DNA from: a virus
Length of the DNA: 64,000 bases
Virus record (IMG/VR): IMGVR_UViG_3300035670_000127
Coordinates: 17,364-81,363 of that record
Direction: 5' to 3' (one strand)
This document shows positions 1-9,500 of this stretch, piece by piece. The translations under genes and the position numbers were made by a program. The stretch's first letter is position 1, and each line of letters begins with the position of its first letter. The notes under the pieces are model-generated. The model had not been told where the DNA came from, made no database searches, and saw only the letters and a list, made by a program, of their open reading frames with translations.

Positions 1-3000
1 CACCTACCACTGCAATAGCTGAATCCTGGACTACTGTGAATTGACTATAAAGAAACGAACCTATCTGCCAACCGACGAAAAATGCCGCTAGGCCACCTGC
101 GGCTGTGGATACAGCTGTGAATGCACCTCCTAGTGAGACGAGACCCATAGAGATTGCAGTGAATGCACCCATTCCTACAACCTCCAAATTTTCCATAGCT
201 AAAGCAAATCCATCTGTTAGAGGTTGCAGTAAGCCAAAAGAGGCTAACATCTCCTCAAAATCTCGTTTAAACTTCTCCTTGATTTTGCTTAAATCAAATG
301 CCGACTCTAGGTTAGCTTGGGTTTGTTGCGTTTGTGCGCTATTGTCAGGTAACATCCCCATTTCTGAAGCGGAGGCATCCTGACTTGAAAACATAGTGAG
401 ACCCACAGTGCCAGCCACCGCGGCTGTCATTATTGCGGACTTCTTGCCTAACATCCCACTTAATCTTGAACCCGTGGTCGCGGCGGCAACTTCCCCTTGA
501 GTGGTGAACCGTGCCCAGAAATTGGCAGTGTATGCAGAGGCGGCAGTGAACGCACGTCCTATGAAACCACTGACTGGGGCAATAGCAGGGGCGGCTAAAC
601 CTCTAAACCGTGCCCAGAAATTGACAGTCGATGCCGATGCAACCGTTAGACTTCGGTTAAGTAACCCAGTCGTCGTCGCTATTGCCGCAGTCCCCATGGT
701 TTTGAAACTCGCCCAAGTGTTTATCATTAGGCCGCTTCCGGCAACCCACATTCTATTCAATAATCCCACACCACCTGACGTAGCCGTCTTTAATTTGGTT
801 ACGAATGAGGAGAATAGGATTGTAGAATGGGCACTTCCTGCAATCCACATTCTTTGAATAAAACCAGTTGCTGAAGTGGTTGCTAACGCCGCTTGTTGAC
901 GGAATCGTGTCCATAGACTTTGGATATTAGGTGACAATCTTTGATAAGAGGCGGATAGATAGGTCGAGGTGGTTGTTATCGTTGCCAACGCTTTGGTTTT
1001 AAACCCCTGCCATAGAATCGAACCACCTACAGTTCCCACTACAAACATGCGTTGCAAAACCATTCCCGTGCTACGTGCGGCAACAGTGGCAGACTGGGTA
1101 AAGGACGCCCACAAAACAGGAATGCGGGTCATAGACGCATTCCAAAGGTTTAGCATAAACGGCTTAAACCCGGCGATTGCGGCTGTCCCCATGGCTTTGA
1201 ATTTTAGCCATGCGGTATTCCATAAATTGACAAACGTTGCACCCATAACAGTCATACTGCGTTGCAACATCTGTCCAACCCCTGCTAACGCCGCTTTTGC
1301 GCTGAGTTTAAAACTCTCCCAAAAACGAATTGGATAGGCACTCGCCACGACCCACATTCGTTGCATATAACCTTGCATTGCAACCACGGCACTGCTATTT
1401 TTGAATGCAGTCCAAACACGATTCATCTGTGTGGTCGCGAAGGTGCTAATTGCGGTCCATGCCCGTCGCCAAATTGAAACAGTTTCATCTGCCGAACGGC
1501 GGCCACCGCTTCTTTGTGGAGGCGGTGGCGGTGGTACCGGAGCTTGTTGCTGACTCTGTTGACCCATTGGCAACCCCTGCATCCCACCTCCTTTATTTTT
1601 GGTCATTGCTTTTTTAATAGAGGAGGTAATCGCAGAGGAGATTCCGTAACTTAATGCACCAGCAAAAACGGCCGCTAACGCCACAGCCGCTGGTTTTCCT
1701 AAGTCCTCTACTTTCTGAAGTGCCCATTCCAAACCACTGGTGATACCACCTCCTATGGATTGGCCAAAATCACCAAATAGAGATACCAAACCACGGGTGA
1801 TTAAATCACCAAGCGCACGGCCAATTTCACTGATGCCGTTTTGTTTTATGGTCTCAATAAACGCCTTAACCTCGTCCTTATAATTAGCTAATGCACCCAG
1901 TGCCGTTGGAATAAAACTTAATACCAGGGTCAAGGGATTCGTGGCCTTTAACAACAATGGAACTAACGTCATAAAAACAGGGACGAAAGCCGCTATACCT
2001 GCTATACTTGCAATAGCAATTTTTGACATGCTATCAAGGTCTTTCCACCATTTTATAATTCCGCTGATAGCATCTCCTATTTCAGTTTTAAAAGCCCAAA
2101 CCGCCTGGATTCCATTGTACAAAAGACCCCATGAGAATTTACCGCCCGCAATCAATGCTATGTTAATCAATTCGTTCCCTAGCGATTTGATTAACTTCAA
2201 TTGGTCTTTTGAGAAAATAGGGTCTTGTTCCATCACCAATTCTTGACTGGCTTTAGCAATCCCTTTCACCCCATTCTCTGCACCTACGGCATCTTCTTTT
2301 ATTAACCCAAAGGACTGCCCTAACGCAATGAAGGCACTGGCATTTATCGCCGTCGCTTTGATGACAGTGTCGGCTGTCATCTGCATAGAAATTCCTAAGC
2401 TCTCTATCTTTTTAGTGGTGAAGCTAATCGCAACCGGAATAGACTCCTTGAAGTAATTTATCACCACACTGAGCTTATCATGCACCATGAATGCAATCTG
2501 AGAGAAAATACCACCGATTACATCACTTACTTTATTAAAAGCGAAGCCGATTTTTTGGGCAATAGACATCCCTTGGGTCGCCTCTTGAAACCCAATGAAT
2601 ATTGACTTTACCTTGGTTTGCAATGCATTGATTCGTTCTAGGAAGGGGGCTATGATTGCGGCGTTAAACGATTTAGAAATAGTCGCCCAGTATAACGCTG
2701 TTACCTCCGCTGTCTCGTCCCAAAAATTACGCACTGCATAAGAAATTTTTGGCCATATACTTGCGAACTTAGATAAAACCGGGATGACCCGTGCTAAGTA
2801 TATTTCAGTGATAATTGCACCCACCGTAGTGAGGGATGCGAGTATTGACTGAGCTGATAAAATAACGAGATTACGAATGGATAAGAATGCCGTTGCAATC
2901 GCAACACGGGTTAGTTGAATAGCCGTTGCTAATCTTTGACTGTGAATCACCATGTTTGCTATCGCAATGATATACCCTTCCGCAAAAACTGACAGTGTGA

Positions 3001-5323
3001 CACCGGATAAACCAATTAGGAGACCTGAGATAACTACCTTTTGAGTGGTATCAAGTTGATTGAAAAAGTTTATGGCCGTGTCACTCCAAATCTTAATTTC
3101 ATTTAGGGAACGGTTTAGATTTTCTGTTACTGACACCTCTGCAAAAGTAGGGTGCCAATACTCACTCACTGATGCAAATAAGTCACGTACTACATTATTA
3201 AATTCTCTCCCCTGACTCCTTATCCCGGCAAGCATTGTTTCAATTAATGCCTCTCCACTTTCGTATAGAGTAGAAAACGGCCCCTCCTTTGCATTGGAAT
3301 GGGGAAAGAGATTTGCCACATAATTGAATATACTTAACACCGAGTCATAAATGTCTTTACCGGCTTGTGCAATCCCAGAGGCAAAAGTTGTCACCAGAGC
3401 GCGACCAGCGGAACTCATATCTATCATCATCAATGTGGATAGATTTTGTTCAATTTGGTCAAGAAAACTGAAATTCATTGCCAGGCTAAACTGCGCGGCA
3501 AGGTAGGCTACGCTTTGAATAAGAGAGTTTATTGAACTTACAGCTAAAAAGATAACGGGCGTGAATAGCTTTATTCCTTCAACTAGCGGCACGATTCCAA
3601 TGCTAACTACTTTTCCTAAAACAGTCCCCAATGCGTAGGCCGTTGCCCCAAATACCATGAGAGGCTCTGTCTCTCCAAATAATTTACTTAATTCATTTGA
3701 CAGTGGGGCGAAGGCTTCACTTAAAATTTTTATTGAAGGTGCAAGGGCATCAAACAAACCTTCAAATGCGAGTTGAATGGGTTCAATACCGGCTAAGAAT
3801 CCGTCTTTAAATGCAGTAATGACGGGGACGACTGACTGAATAACATCGACTATAGCTTGGATACTGGCAGTGCCTAATCGCACGATAGGGCGAAGAATAG
3901 GGACGACTATATCGAAAATGGATAATGCCATTTCCTCCATATTGCCAGTCAATTGATTCCAGTCTCCTTTGAGGTTGTCTAACATCTTTTTAGAGGCTCG
4001 GTCTGCAAACCCTGTGCTATCAGTCACGGTGGTTCTGAACTCCTTAAATTCTGTCGTCATAACCTTAACTGCTTTACCGCCTTGAATCACAGTTTTTTCA
4101 AATTCCTTTGACTTCTTAGCCAACTCCAACATAGCAGGCGTTGCTTCGACCCCAAATAGGGTTTTGAAGGTATCTAATTTGTCAGCATCCGTCATCTTTT
4201 CGGTGACTTTATTCAAATCTGCCATGATGTCGGCAAAATCACGAATTTTACCTTTACTGTCAGAAACCTTTAACCCTAAGCCACCTATAGTCTCCGCGGC
4301 TTTATCGGTCGGCCCAGCTAACCTTAACATGGCCATTCGTAAAGCTGTGCCACCTGTGGTGTCGCCAATAGCAACGTTAGCTAACATACTGGTTGCCGCA
4401 GTGAGGGTTTGAATGGATTGGTTAGCCGCGGCAAAAACGGGGGCACTGTATTTCATACTCTCCCCTAACTCACCCACACCCACATTACTTGCATTTGCCG
4501 CTTTAGCAAATAAGTCGGCAACCATAGTTGATTCTTTTGTTTCCAACCCAAATGCACGTAGCATTTTTGCCGCAATCTCACTTGACGTTGCCAAGTCCTC
4601 ACCGGATGCCGAGGCTAAGTTCAATACGCCCGGCAAAGCTGACATGGTTTCATTAACTGTAAATCCTGCCCGTGCTAAATTAAGTCCGGCATCTCCCACC
4701 TGCGTCGCACTGAAAACAGATGCCTTGGCTAGGTCGCGCATCCCCCCCCCTAGCATACTCAATTGCTGGTCGGTTGCGTCTGATACAGCCGCTATAGTGG
4801 ACATCCTAGATTCAAATTCAGAACCAATGACAACGACCTTTTTAAAAGGTTCTGCCATTTGGCTAACTGAATCGATAATATTTTTTATGCTAAAGGCGAA
4901 TTGGCCTATGGAATTAATAGAGTCCTTAAAACTCTCCTTAACCCCATTCGAAAAATCTTTGATTTTAGAATTTAAAGAAGTGAGAGGTTTTAAAGAATCA
5001 GTGGCAGAATCTTTAATGGCAGTAAAGCCACCTGCCACCTCTTTCAATTGCTTATTGACATCGGCCATTTTCTCCTTAGTTCCCGTAAGCAACCCGGACT
5101 GTTTCTTAATTTCTTCAGATGACTGTCTATTGGCATTAGCCACTTCTTTAGCATTAGCCACAGCCGCGTTAGAGGAGGCCGCGGCGATTTTCGCCATCTC
5201 CTTTAAATAGCCTGCTATTTCTTTTAAAGAATCGAGTAATTCGTTATTTGCTTTTGATACGTTGCCAGTGTCGGCCTGAAACTTAACACTGACTACCATT
5301 GTGCTATTGCTTGCCGTGCTCAT
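1..5323 (-). CDS. Phage tail tape measure protein, TP901 family (3' end beyond window)
   Basis: Missing from the ORF track because it runs off the edge. ATG at 5323 with AGGTG RBS. Translation includes EFESRMSTIAAVSDAT...VFSATQVGDAGLNLARAGF...LPGVLNLASASG...LGESMKYSAPV...GGTALR...LDNLKGDW (TP901 core), with periodic Trp repeats at about 500-1500. Confidence 0.95.
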   Translation of the reverse strand, partial: MSTASNSTMVVSVKFQADTGNVSKANNELLDSLKEIAGYLKEMAKIAAASSNAAVANAKEVANANRQSSEEIKKQSGLLTGTKEKMADVNKQLKEVAGGFTAIKDSATDSLKPLTSLNSKIKDFSNGVKESFKDSINSIGQFAFSIKNIIDSVSQMAEPFKKVVVIGSEFESRMSTIAAVSDATDQQLSMLGGGMRDLAKASVFSATQVGDAGLNLARAGFTVNETMSALPGVLNLASASGEDLATSSEIAAKMLRAFGLETKESTMVADLFAKAANASNVGVGELGESMKYSAPVFAAANQSIQTLTAATSMLANVAIGDTTGGTALRMAMLRLAGPTDKAAETIGGLGLKVSDSKGKIRDFADIMADLNKVTEKMTDADKLDTFKTLFGVEATPAMLELAKKSKEFEKTVIQGGKAVKVMTTEFKEFRTTVTDSTGFADRASKKMLDNLKGDWNQLTGNMEEMALSIFDIVVPILRPIVRLGTASIQAIVDVIQSVVPVITAFKDGFLAGIEPIQLAFEGLFDALAPSIKILSEAFAPLSNELSKLFGETEPLMVFGATAYALGTVLGKVVSIGIVPLVEGIKLFTPVIFLAVSSINSLIQSVAYLAAQFSLAMNFSFLDQIEQNLSTLMMIDMSSAGRALVTTFASGIAQAGKDIYDSVLSIFNYVANLFPHSNAKEGPFSTLYESGEALIETMLAGIRSQGREFNNVVRDLFASVSEYWHPTFAEVSVTENLNRSLNEIKIWSDTAINFFNQLDTTQKVVISGLLIGLSGVTLSVFAEGYIIAIANMVIHSQRLATAIQLTRVAIATAFLSIRNLVILSAQSILASLTTVGAIITEIYLARVIPVLSKFASIWPKISYAVRNFWDETAEVTALYWATISKSFNAAIIAPFLERINALQTKVKSIFIGFQEATQGMSIAQKIGFAFNKVSDVIGGIFSQIAFMVHDKLSVVINYFKESIPVAISFTTKKIESLGISMQMTADTVIKATAINASAFIALGQSFGLIKEDAVGAENGVKGIAKASQELVMEQDPIFSKDQLKLIKSLGNELINIALIAGGKFSWGLLYNGIQAVWAFKTEIGDAISGIIKWWKDLDSMSKIAIASIAGIAAFVPVFMTLVPLLLKATNPLTLVLSFIPTALGALANYKDEVKAFIETIKQNGISEIGRALGDLITRGLVSLFGDFGQSIGGGITSGLEWALQKVEDLGKPAAVALAAVFAGALSYGISSAITSSIKKAMTKNKGGGMQGLPMGQQSQQQAPVPPPPPPQRSGGRRSADETVSIWRRAWTAISTFATTQMNRVWTAFKNSSAVVAMQGYMQRMWVVASAYPIRFWESFKLSAKAALAGVGQMLQRSMTVMGATFVNLWNTAWLKFKAMGTAAIAGFKPFMLNLWNASMTRIPVLWASFTQSATVAARSTGMVLQRMFVVGTVGGSILWQGFKTKALATITTTSTYLSASYQRLSPNIQSLWTRFRQQAALATTSATGFIQRMWIAGSAHSTILFSSFVTKLKTATSGGVGLLNRMWVAGSGLMINTWASFKTMGTAAIATTTGLLNRSLTVASASTVNFWARFRGLAAPAIAPVSGFIGRAFTAASAYTANFWARFTTQGEVAAATTGSRLSGMLGKKSAIMTAAVAGTVGLTMFSSQDASASEMGMLPDNSAQTQQTQANLESAFDLSKIKEKFKRDFEEMLASFGLLQPLTDGFALAMENLEVVGMGAFTAISMGLVSLGGAFTAVSTAAGGLAAFFVGWQIGSFLYSQFTVVQDSAIAVVG

Positions 5324-5447
5324 AGGTTCACCTGTCTTAGGGTTGCGTTTTAAATGATGTCCTTACTCTATAATTGTAATGTGCATTAATCACAAGAAAG
5401 AGGCTTTGACAAGATAAGTTTTAGGGTGAAAAAACTAACCTATTTTT

Positions 5448-5476
5448 TTGACAATAAACTAAGGCTTTGCTAGTAT
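5448..5476 (+). promoter_or_regulatory. sigma70-type promoter
   Basis: TTGACA-17-TAGTAT with extended TG, upstream of ORF 5551. Confidence 0.7.
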
Positions 5477-5550
5477 TATAGACTATATACTACTCCCTTT
5501 TTAAGGTGATTAGTAACCACTAACTTTGCACTTAACAAGAGGTACGCAAA

Positions 5551-5793
5551 ATGACACAAAACGAAAATACGGTGGGCTTACGCCTGACAGGTAAAACCGA
5601 CCCTTTGATAAGGGAGGCAATGAGACAATTGAATGCGACTGGACTCAGTATAGACTGGGACGATAAACCGCAACGAGAGAGTCATTACAGCTATATCGTT
5701 GGCCGACTGGCTTTGGATGGTGACTTCGGTAACGAGTCGCCACTACCCACTTATCAATTAAGACCTGAAATATTTCACGGGGCGAGGGTATAG
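5551..5793 (+). CDS. hypothetical protein
   Basis: ORF with AGAGG RBS downstream of promoter. Confidence 0.7.
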   Translation: MTQNENTVGLRLTGKTDPLIREAMRQLNATGLSIDWDDKPQRESHYSYIVGRLALDGDFGNESPLPTYQLRPEIFHGARV

Positions 5794-5797
5794 GGTT

Positions 5798-5986
5798 ATG
5801 GAATTGGGTAAATCGAATTCAGCTCCTGTCGGCAGTTTAAGCGCTTTGGAACTTGAGATAGAGGGGTTAGAGGCGTTAGCACGTCGCCTTGCTAATTTGG
5901 AGTTGCTTATCAAGTCTCAATTAGACTTCCTGACAGACGCGACGTCGCGCTTTTTGGAGGTGGAGAGGCAACGCGGTGAGAGGTAA
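5798..5986 (+). CDS. hypothetical coiled-coil protein
   Basis: Tightly coupled ORF followed by hairpin 5991-6029. Confidence 0.55.
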   Translation: MELGKSNSAPVGSLSALELEIEGLEALARRLANLELLIKSQLDFLTDATSRFLEVERQRGER

Positions 5987-6156
5987 AAAGACGCGGGCAG
6001 TAAAGAGGATTTAAGAAATCTGCCCGCGTTATACAATATCAAAATGATGTTCACGAGGTGTACGTTGGCAATATGGGGTTGCAGTGCATAAATATCAATC
6101 CATATCTAGTTTAAATCTAGTTACTGAATTTATTTTAACTTTTTTTCAAAAAAGAC

Positions 6157-6185
6157 TTGCATTTGTTTTTAGGAGGTGCTAGCAT
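6157..6185 (+). promoter_or_regulatory. sigma70-type promoter upstream of iscB
   Basis: TTGCAT-17-TAGCAT with extended TG; upstream TTTTTCAAAAAAGAC resembles the promoter at 14886. Confidence 0.55.
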
Positions 6186-6225
6186 AAACCACAGCATAAC
6201 ATTGGCGAGGAGACCATTACCTTTT
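6175..6225 (+). ncRNA. 3' remnant of IscB omega-RNA (HEARO-like)
   Basis: GTGCT..AAACC..TAACATTGGCGAGGAGACCATTAC immediately before iscB resembles the conserved omega-RNA 3' end; 5' part not recognisable. Confidence 0.5.
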
Positions 6226-6236
6226 TTATAAAGTGT

Positions 6237-7644
6237 ATGAATCAAGAAACATTAGTATTTACCACCTCTCCTAAAAAAGAGGTTAAAGTTAATCGGCCGG
6301 CCGTGTATGAAGCGGGGCCGATAGGTGGAGTATTTCTACTTAACCATGATAAGTCACCATTGATACCAGTCACCAATGACAGGGCGCGGTGGCTGTTAGA
6401 TAACAAACAGGCCGCTGTTTATCGGCGCTATCCATTTACTCTCATACTGAATAAGAGTCACCAATCCCTTGAACAAGCGTACCCAATCGAGTTCAAAGTT
6501 GACCCAGGTAGCAAAACAACTGGATTGGCTTTGGTTGCCTACATCGATGGAAAATATACCGTCATTTGGGCGGCGAATCTAAGGCATAGAGGTGATATTA
6601 AAAGTGGACTGGAATCCCGTCTGTCAATTCGACGTGGGAGACGCAACCGACATACTCGTTATCGCCCGGCGCGGTTTATGAATAGGGTAGGTTCTAAAAA
6701 GGAGGGTTGGTTAGCACTGTCATTGTTATCAAGGGTGCGTAACGTAGCCAACTGGTTAACGAAGCTAAGAAAGTACGTCCCCATCACTAGCGTCGCAGTG
6801 GAATCTGTGCGATTCGATATGCAAAAACTACGCAACCCAGAGATTAACGGGGTTGGCTATCAACAAGGCGAGTTAATGGGGTACGAGGTACGAGAGTATC
6901 TACTTGAAAAGTTTAATCGCAAGTGTGCTTATTGTGGAAAGGATGGCGTCAAAGAGAAGGGCGTCAAATTACAGATAGAACACGTCACCCCAAGGTCAAG
7001 AGGAGGCGCAGACTCAGTTTCCAACCTCGTCATTGCGTGTCAAAAATGCAATCAGAAAAAGGGGTCGCAGTCCATTGAGGAGTTTTTAGCAAGCCGCACC
7101 GACGACCTTAAAAAAAAATCAAGACCCAGTTAAAGACACCTTTGAAAGACGCGGCGGCGGTAAATGCAACCCGTTATAAAATTTTAGAGGTGTTGAAACA
7201 AAGCGGCCTACCAGTGACAGACTGGACTGGGGTGCGGACGAAAATGAATCGCATTAAACAAGGCTACCCTAAAGACCATTGGATTGATGCCGTTTGTGTG
7301 GGTGAGACTGGGGAGGCTGTTAGCATCCCTGATTCTTTAAAACCATTGCAAATCAAGGCAATGGGGCGAGGCAATCGTTTAATGCAAAGCCATGATGCTT
7401 ACGGGTTTCCTAATAAGAAACCTAATAACAAAGCCAAGCGAGTGCATGGGATACAGACGGGGATATAGTGGAAGTGGAAGGGGTAACCGGACGAGTATCT
7501 GCTATTTCAGTCAACTCGCACTCTGTCAGCATCCCAGTCGATGGTAAACGTAAATCCTTCTCTCTTAGAAAAAGAGAGGCTAAAATTATACAACGGACTG
7601 ATGGGTATAAGTACGATAGAATTAAGCAAGTGCCCTTTTTGTAA
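6237..7644 (+). pseudogene. iscB: IscB RNA-guided endonuclease (IS200/IS605, RRXRR-HNH) with two frameshifts
   Basis: PLIP, YPFTLIL, VDPGSKTTG, RRGRRNRHTRYRPARF, ESVRFD, YQQGELMGYEVREY, HNH, DAAAVNATR, HWIDA, QRTDGYKY. Frame breaks at A9 (7110-7118) and G4 (7459-7462); restored frame ends TAA 7644. Confidence 0.92.
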
Positions 7645-7840
7645 AGAGGGCGTAATGACGAGGCGTGTTATATAGGGAACGCATACCTATAAAGGTCGCA
7701 GTATCACGGTGGATCAACCGGGTGAGTTTTGCAACCTTTGTGAAGAGGGTATTCTAAATGGTGATGATTTAAAATCCACCTCTGAAATTATTGTGGAGTT
7801 TCAGAGGGTAGTGGACGAGGGTAAAGCAACTTTAACTTGA
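7601..7840 (+). pseudogene. YgiT/MqsA-type zinc finger protein with internal TAG
   Basis: MGISTIELSKCPFCKEGVMTRRVI*GTHTYKGRSITVDQPGEFCNLCEEGILNGDDLK; stop at 7673-7675. Confidence 0.7.
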
Positions 7841-7931
7841 GTTAAGGAGGTGTAGTAATCAGCTAGTTATTGTCTATTTTTTAACCCAGTGCGGACGCCA
7901 TATTTAACTGCCCATGGCGTCCGTTTTATAG

Positions 7932-7985
7932 GTTAAGAAGTGCGTCCCTCAATTAGGATTCATGCGGGTTGAGGAGGTGGGAAGG
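7932..7985 (+). repeat. ~55 bp intergenic direct repeat, copy 1
   Basis: GTTAAGAAGT..CCTCAA..ATGCGGGTTGAGGAGGTG.GAAGG, shared with 8650-8703. Confidence 0.8.
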
Positions 7986-8026
7986 AGGAGGGTTTGAGGG
8001 TTAAGAAGAATGAAAGGTAAGAAATT

Positions 8027-8647
8027 ATGAATGTAAAAAACTATGCAAGAATACTCTACTTTGGAAAGTATATATCTGTATTTTGCGATAGAGAGTGTCC
8101 ACCAGACGACCATACATTTGAAGGGCGAGATGGGCGACCTGAAACTCCAGACTCATTCCCGAACAAATGGTGTGTGAGACGGTGTGGGAAATGCGTTCTT
8201 TGCTATTTACATATCTTTGATGCGGATGGTACGTTACGCCGTGCGAAGTCAAATTCGTTTGCGCCGTCCAGTCCGGATGATTGGGAGCTTTTACCGGGGG
8301 TCAGGAAATGGTTTATAGATAATAAACCATTATGGGGGATTGCAAGCAATCAAGGAGGTGTTGCTTTTGGAAAGGTGAAGAGTGAATACGCTTATGAAGC
8401 ACTGCAAAGAACAGCAGCTTCATTAGGAGGGTTACCAAATGAGGCTATTCGTATGGAAACTTCCTTTGATAAAAGGAATCCACGACGCAAACCAAATCCA
8501 TGGATGTTGGTAGAGTTAATAGAACACTACAATATATCGTCCGAGAGGACATTGATGGTTGGTGATATGGAAAGTGATAAACAGGCGGCGGAAGCTGCTG
8601 GTTGTCATTACATTCATCCAAGAGATTTGTTTGGATGGGAAAATTGA
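8027..8647 (+). CDS. HAD-IIIA family phosphatase (GmhB/PNK-phosphatase-like)
   Basis: IFDADGTL, SNQGGV, RKPNPWML, MVGDMESD. Confidence 0.9.
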   Translation: MNVKNYARILYFGKYISVFCDRECPPDDHTFEGRDGRPETPDSFPNKWCVRRCGKCVLCYLHIFDADGTLRRAKSNSFAPSSPDDWELLPGVRKWFIDNKPLWGIASNQGGVAFGKVKSEYAYEALQRTAASLGGLPNEAIRMETSFDKRNPRRKPNPWMLVELIEHYNISSERTLMVGDMESDKQAAEAAGCHYIHPRDLFGWEN

Positions 8648-8649
8648 AA

Positions 8650-8703
8650 GTTAAGAAGTACCTCCTCAAGCCTCTATTTATGCGGGTTGAGGAGGTGAGA
8701 AGG
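8650..8703 (+). repeat. ~55 bp intergenic direct repeat, copy 2 (hairpin ACCTCCTCAA/TTGAGGAGGT)
   Basis: Matches 7932-7985. Confidence 0.8.
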
Positions 8704-8736
8704 GAGTTAATCTAAGCGTTATTTCAAAGGTGACAC

Positions 8737-9117
8737 ATGAATTTAAAATCGGAAAGAAAGAGGGTGAAAAAGTTAGATTTTCAAATAAATGAAAGAAGAA
8801 TGTTGGATGCTTACGAATTACATTTTAAATCATCTGGTTCTGACATATTCCTGTTTGATACACCTAGTAAAGAACTTGCATTCGCCGCTGAACTTATTGC
8901 AAACACCTATAGGGTTGGGGAAGGGAGGTATGAGGTCAGCGTAAATACTGACACAGACCGATACATAGTTTGCCCAAAGGAGTGGGTGAGTGAAGTCGAT
9001 GTGGTGGATGTTGATTCTCTTGAAAAAACGGGAACGGAAGCAATTCTGAAAGTTAAGGAGCACCTACCTAAAACGAAGATTAGAATTGATGAGAGAATGC
9101 GTATCATATTTTTTTAG
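8737..9117 (+). CDS. hypothetical protein
   Basis: ORF with AAGGTG RBS in operon. Confidence 0.75.
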   Translation: MNLKSERKRVKKLDFQINERRMLDAYELHFKSSGSDIFLFDTPSKELAFAAELIANTYRVGEGRYEVSVNTDTDRYIVCPKEWVSEVDVVDVDSLEKTGTEAILKVKEHLPKTKIRIDERMRIIFF

Positions 9118-9140
9118 ACTATCCGAAGAAGGAATTAATT

Positions 9141-9500
9141 ATGCCAACTAAACAAAGGTCAATTGGAATCAATCCCCTTTATGAAACTATAGATAAGGTA
9201 CTCTATGAAGCCCTTACTTCTTTACAGGAAGGCGGACTGATTTATGGGGAGGAACTTTTTAAAAAACTACAAAAAACCGAGGCGTTCAAGGGAGTTAGAA
9301 AGACTCAAAAAACCCTCTTAGGAATGGTTAGCCGTTCCTACAAAAGGGGACGGGCGGCTGGTCAATTCAAAGGAGTGGATAAAATAAATGTGAGGTTGTA
9401 CAATATCAATGGTACTGTGTCCAATATCGTTGCTTACGAAAGAGGAATAATCAATGAATCAGATTCAAATGTGGCAGACTCAGTTCCTGACGGTGGATAG
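9141..9500 (+). CDS. hypothetical protein (basic, possibly DNA-binding)
   Basis: ORF with AAGGA RBS. Confidence 0.7.
   Translation: MPTKQRSIGINPLYETIDKVLYEALTSLQEGGLIYGEELFKKLQKTEAFKGVRKTQKTLLGMVSRSYKRGRAAGQFKGVDKINVRLYNINGTVSNIVAYERGIINESDSNVADSVPDGG

Noticed and set aside
105-5210. Plus-strand ORFs in the first 5.3 kb
   Set aside because: Antisense shadows of the tape measure gene
7673-7675. TAG stop-codon reassignment
   Set aside because: Many well-conserved genes (dnaN, ssb, terL) end properly at TAG
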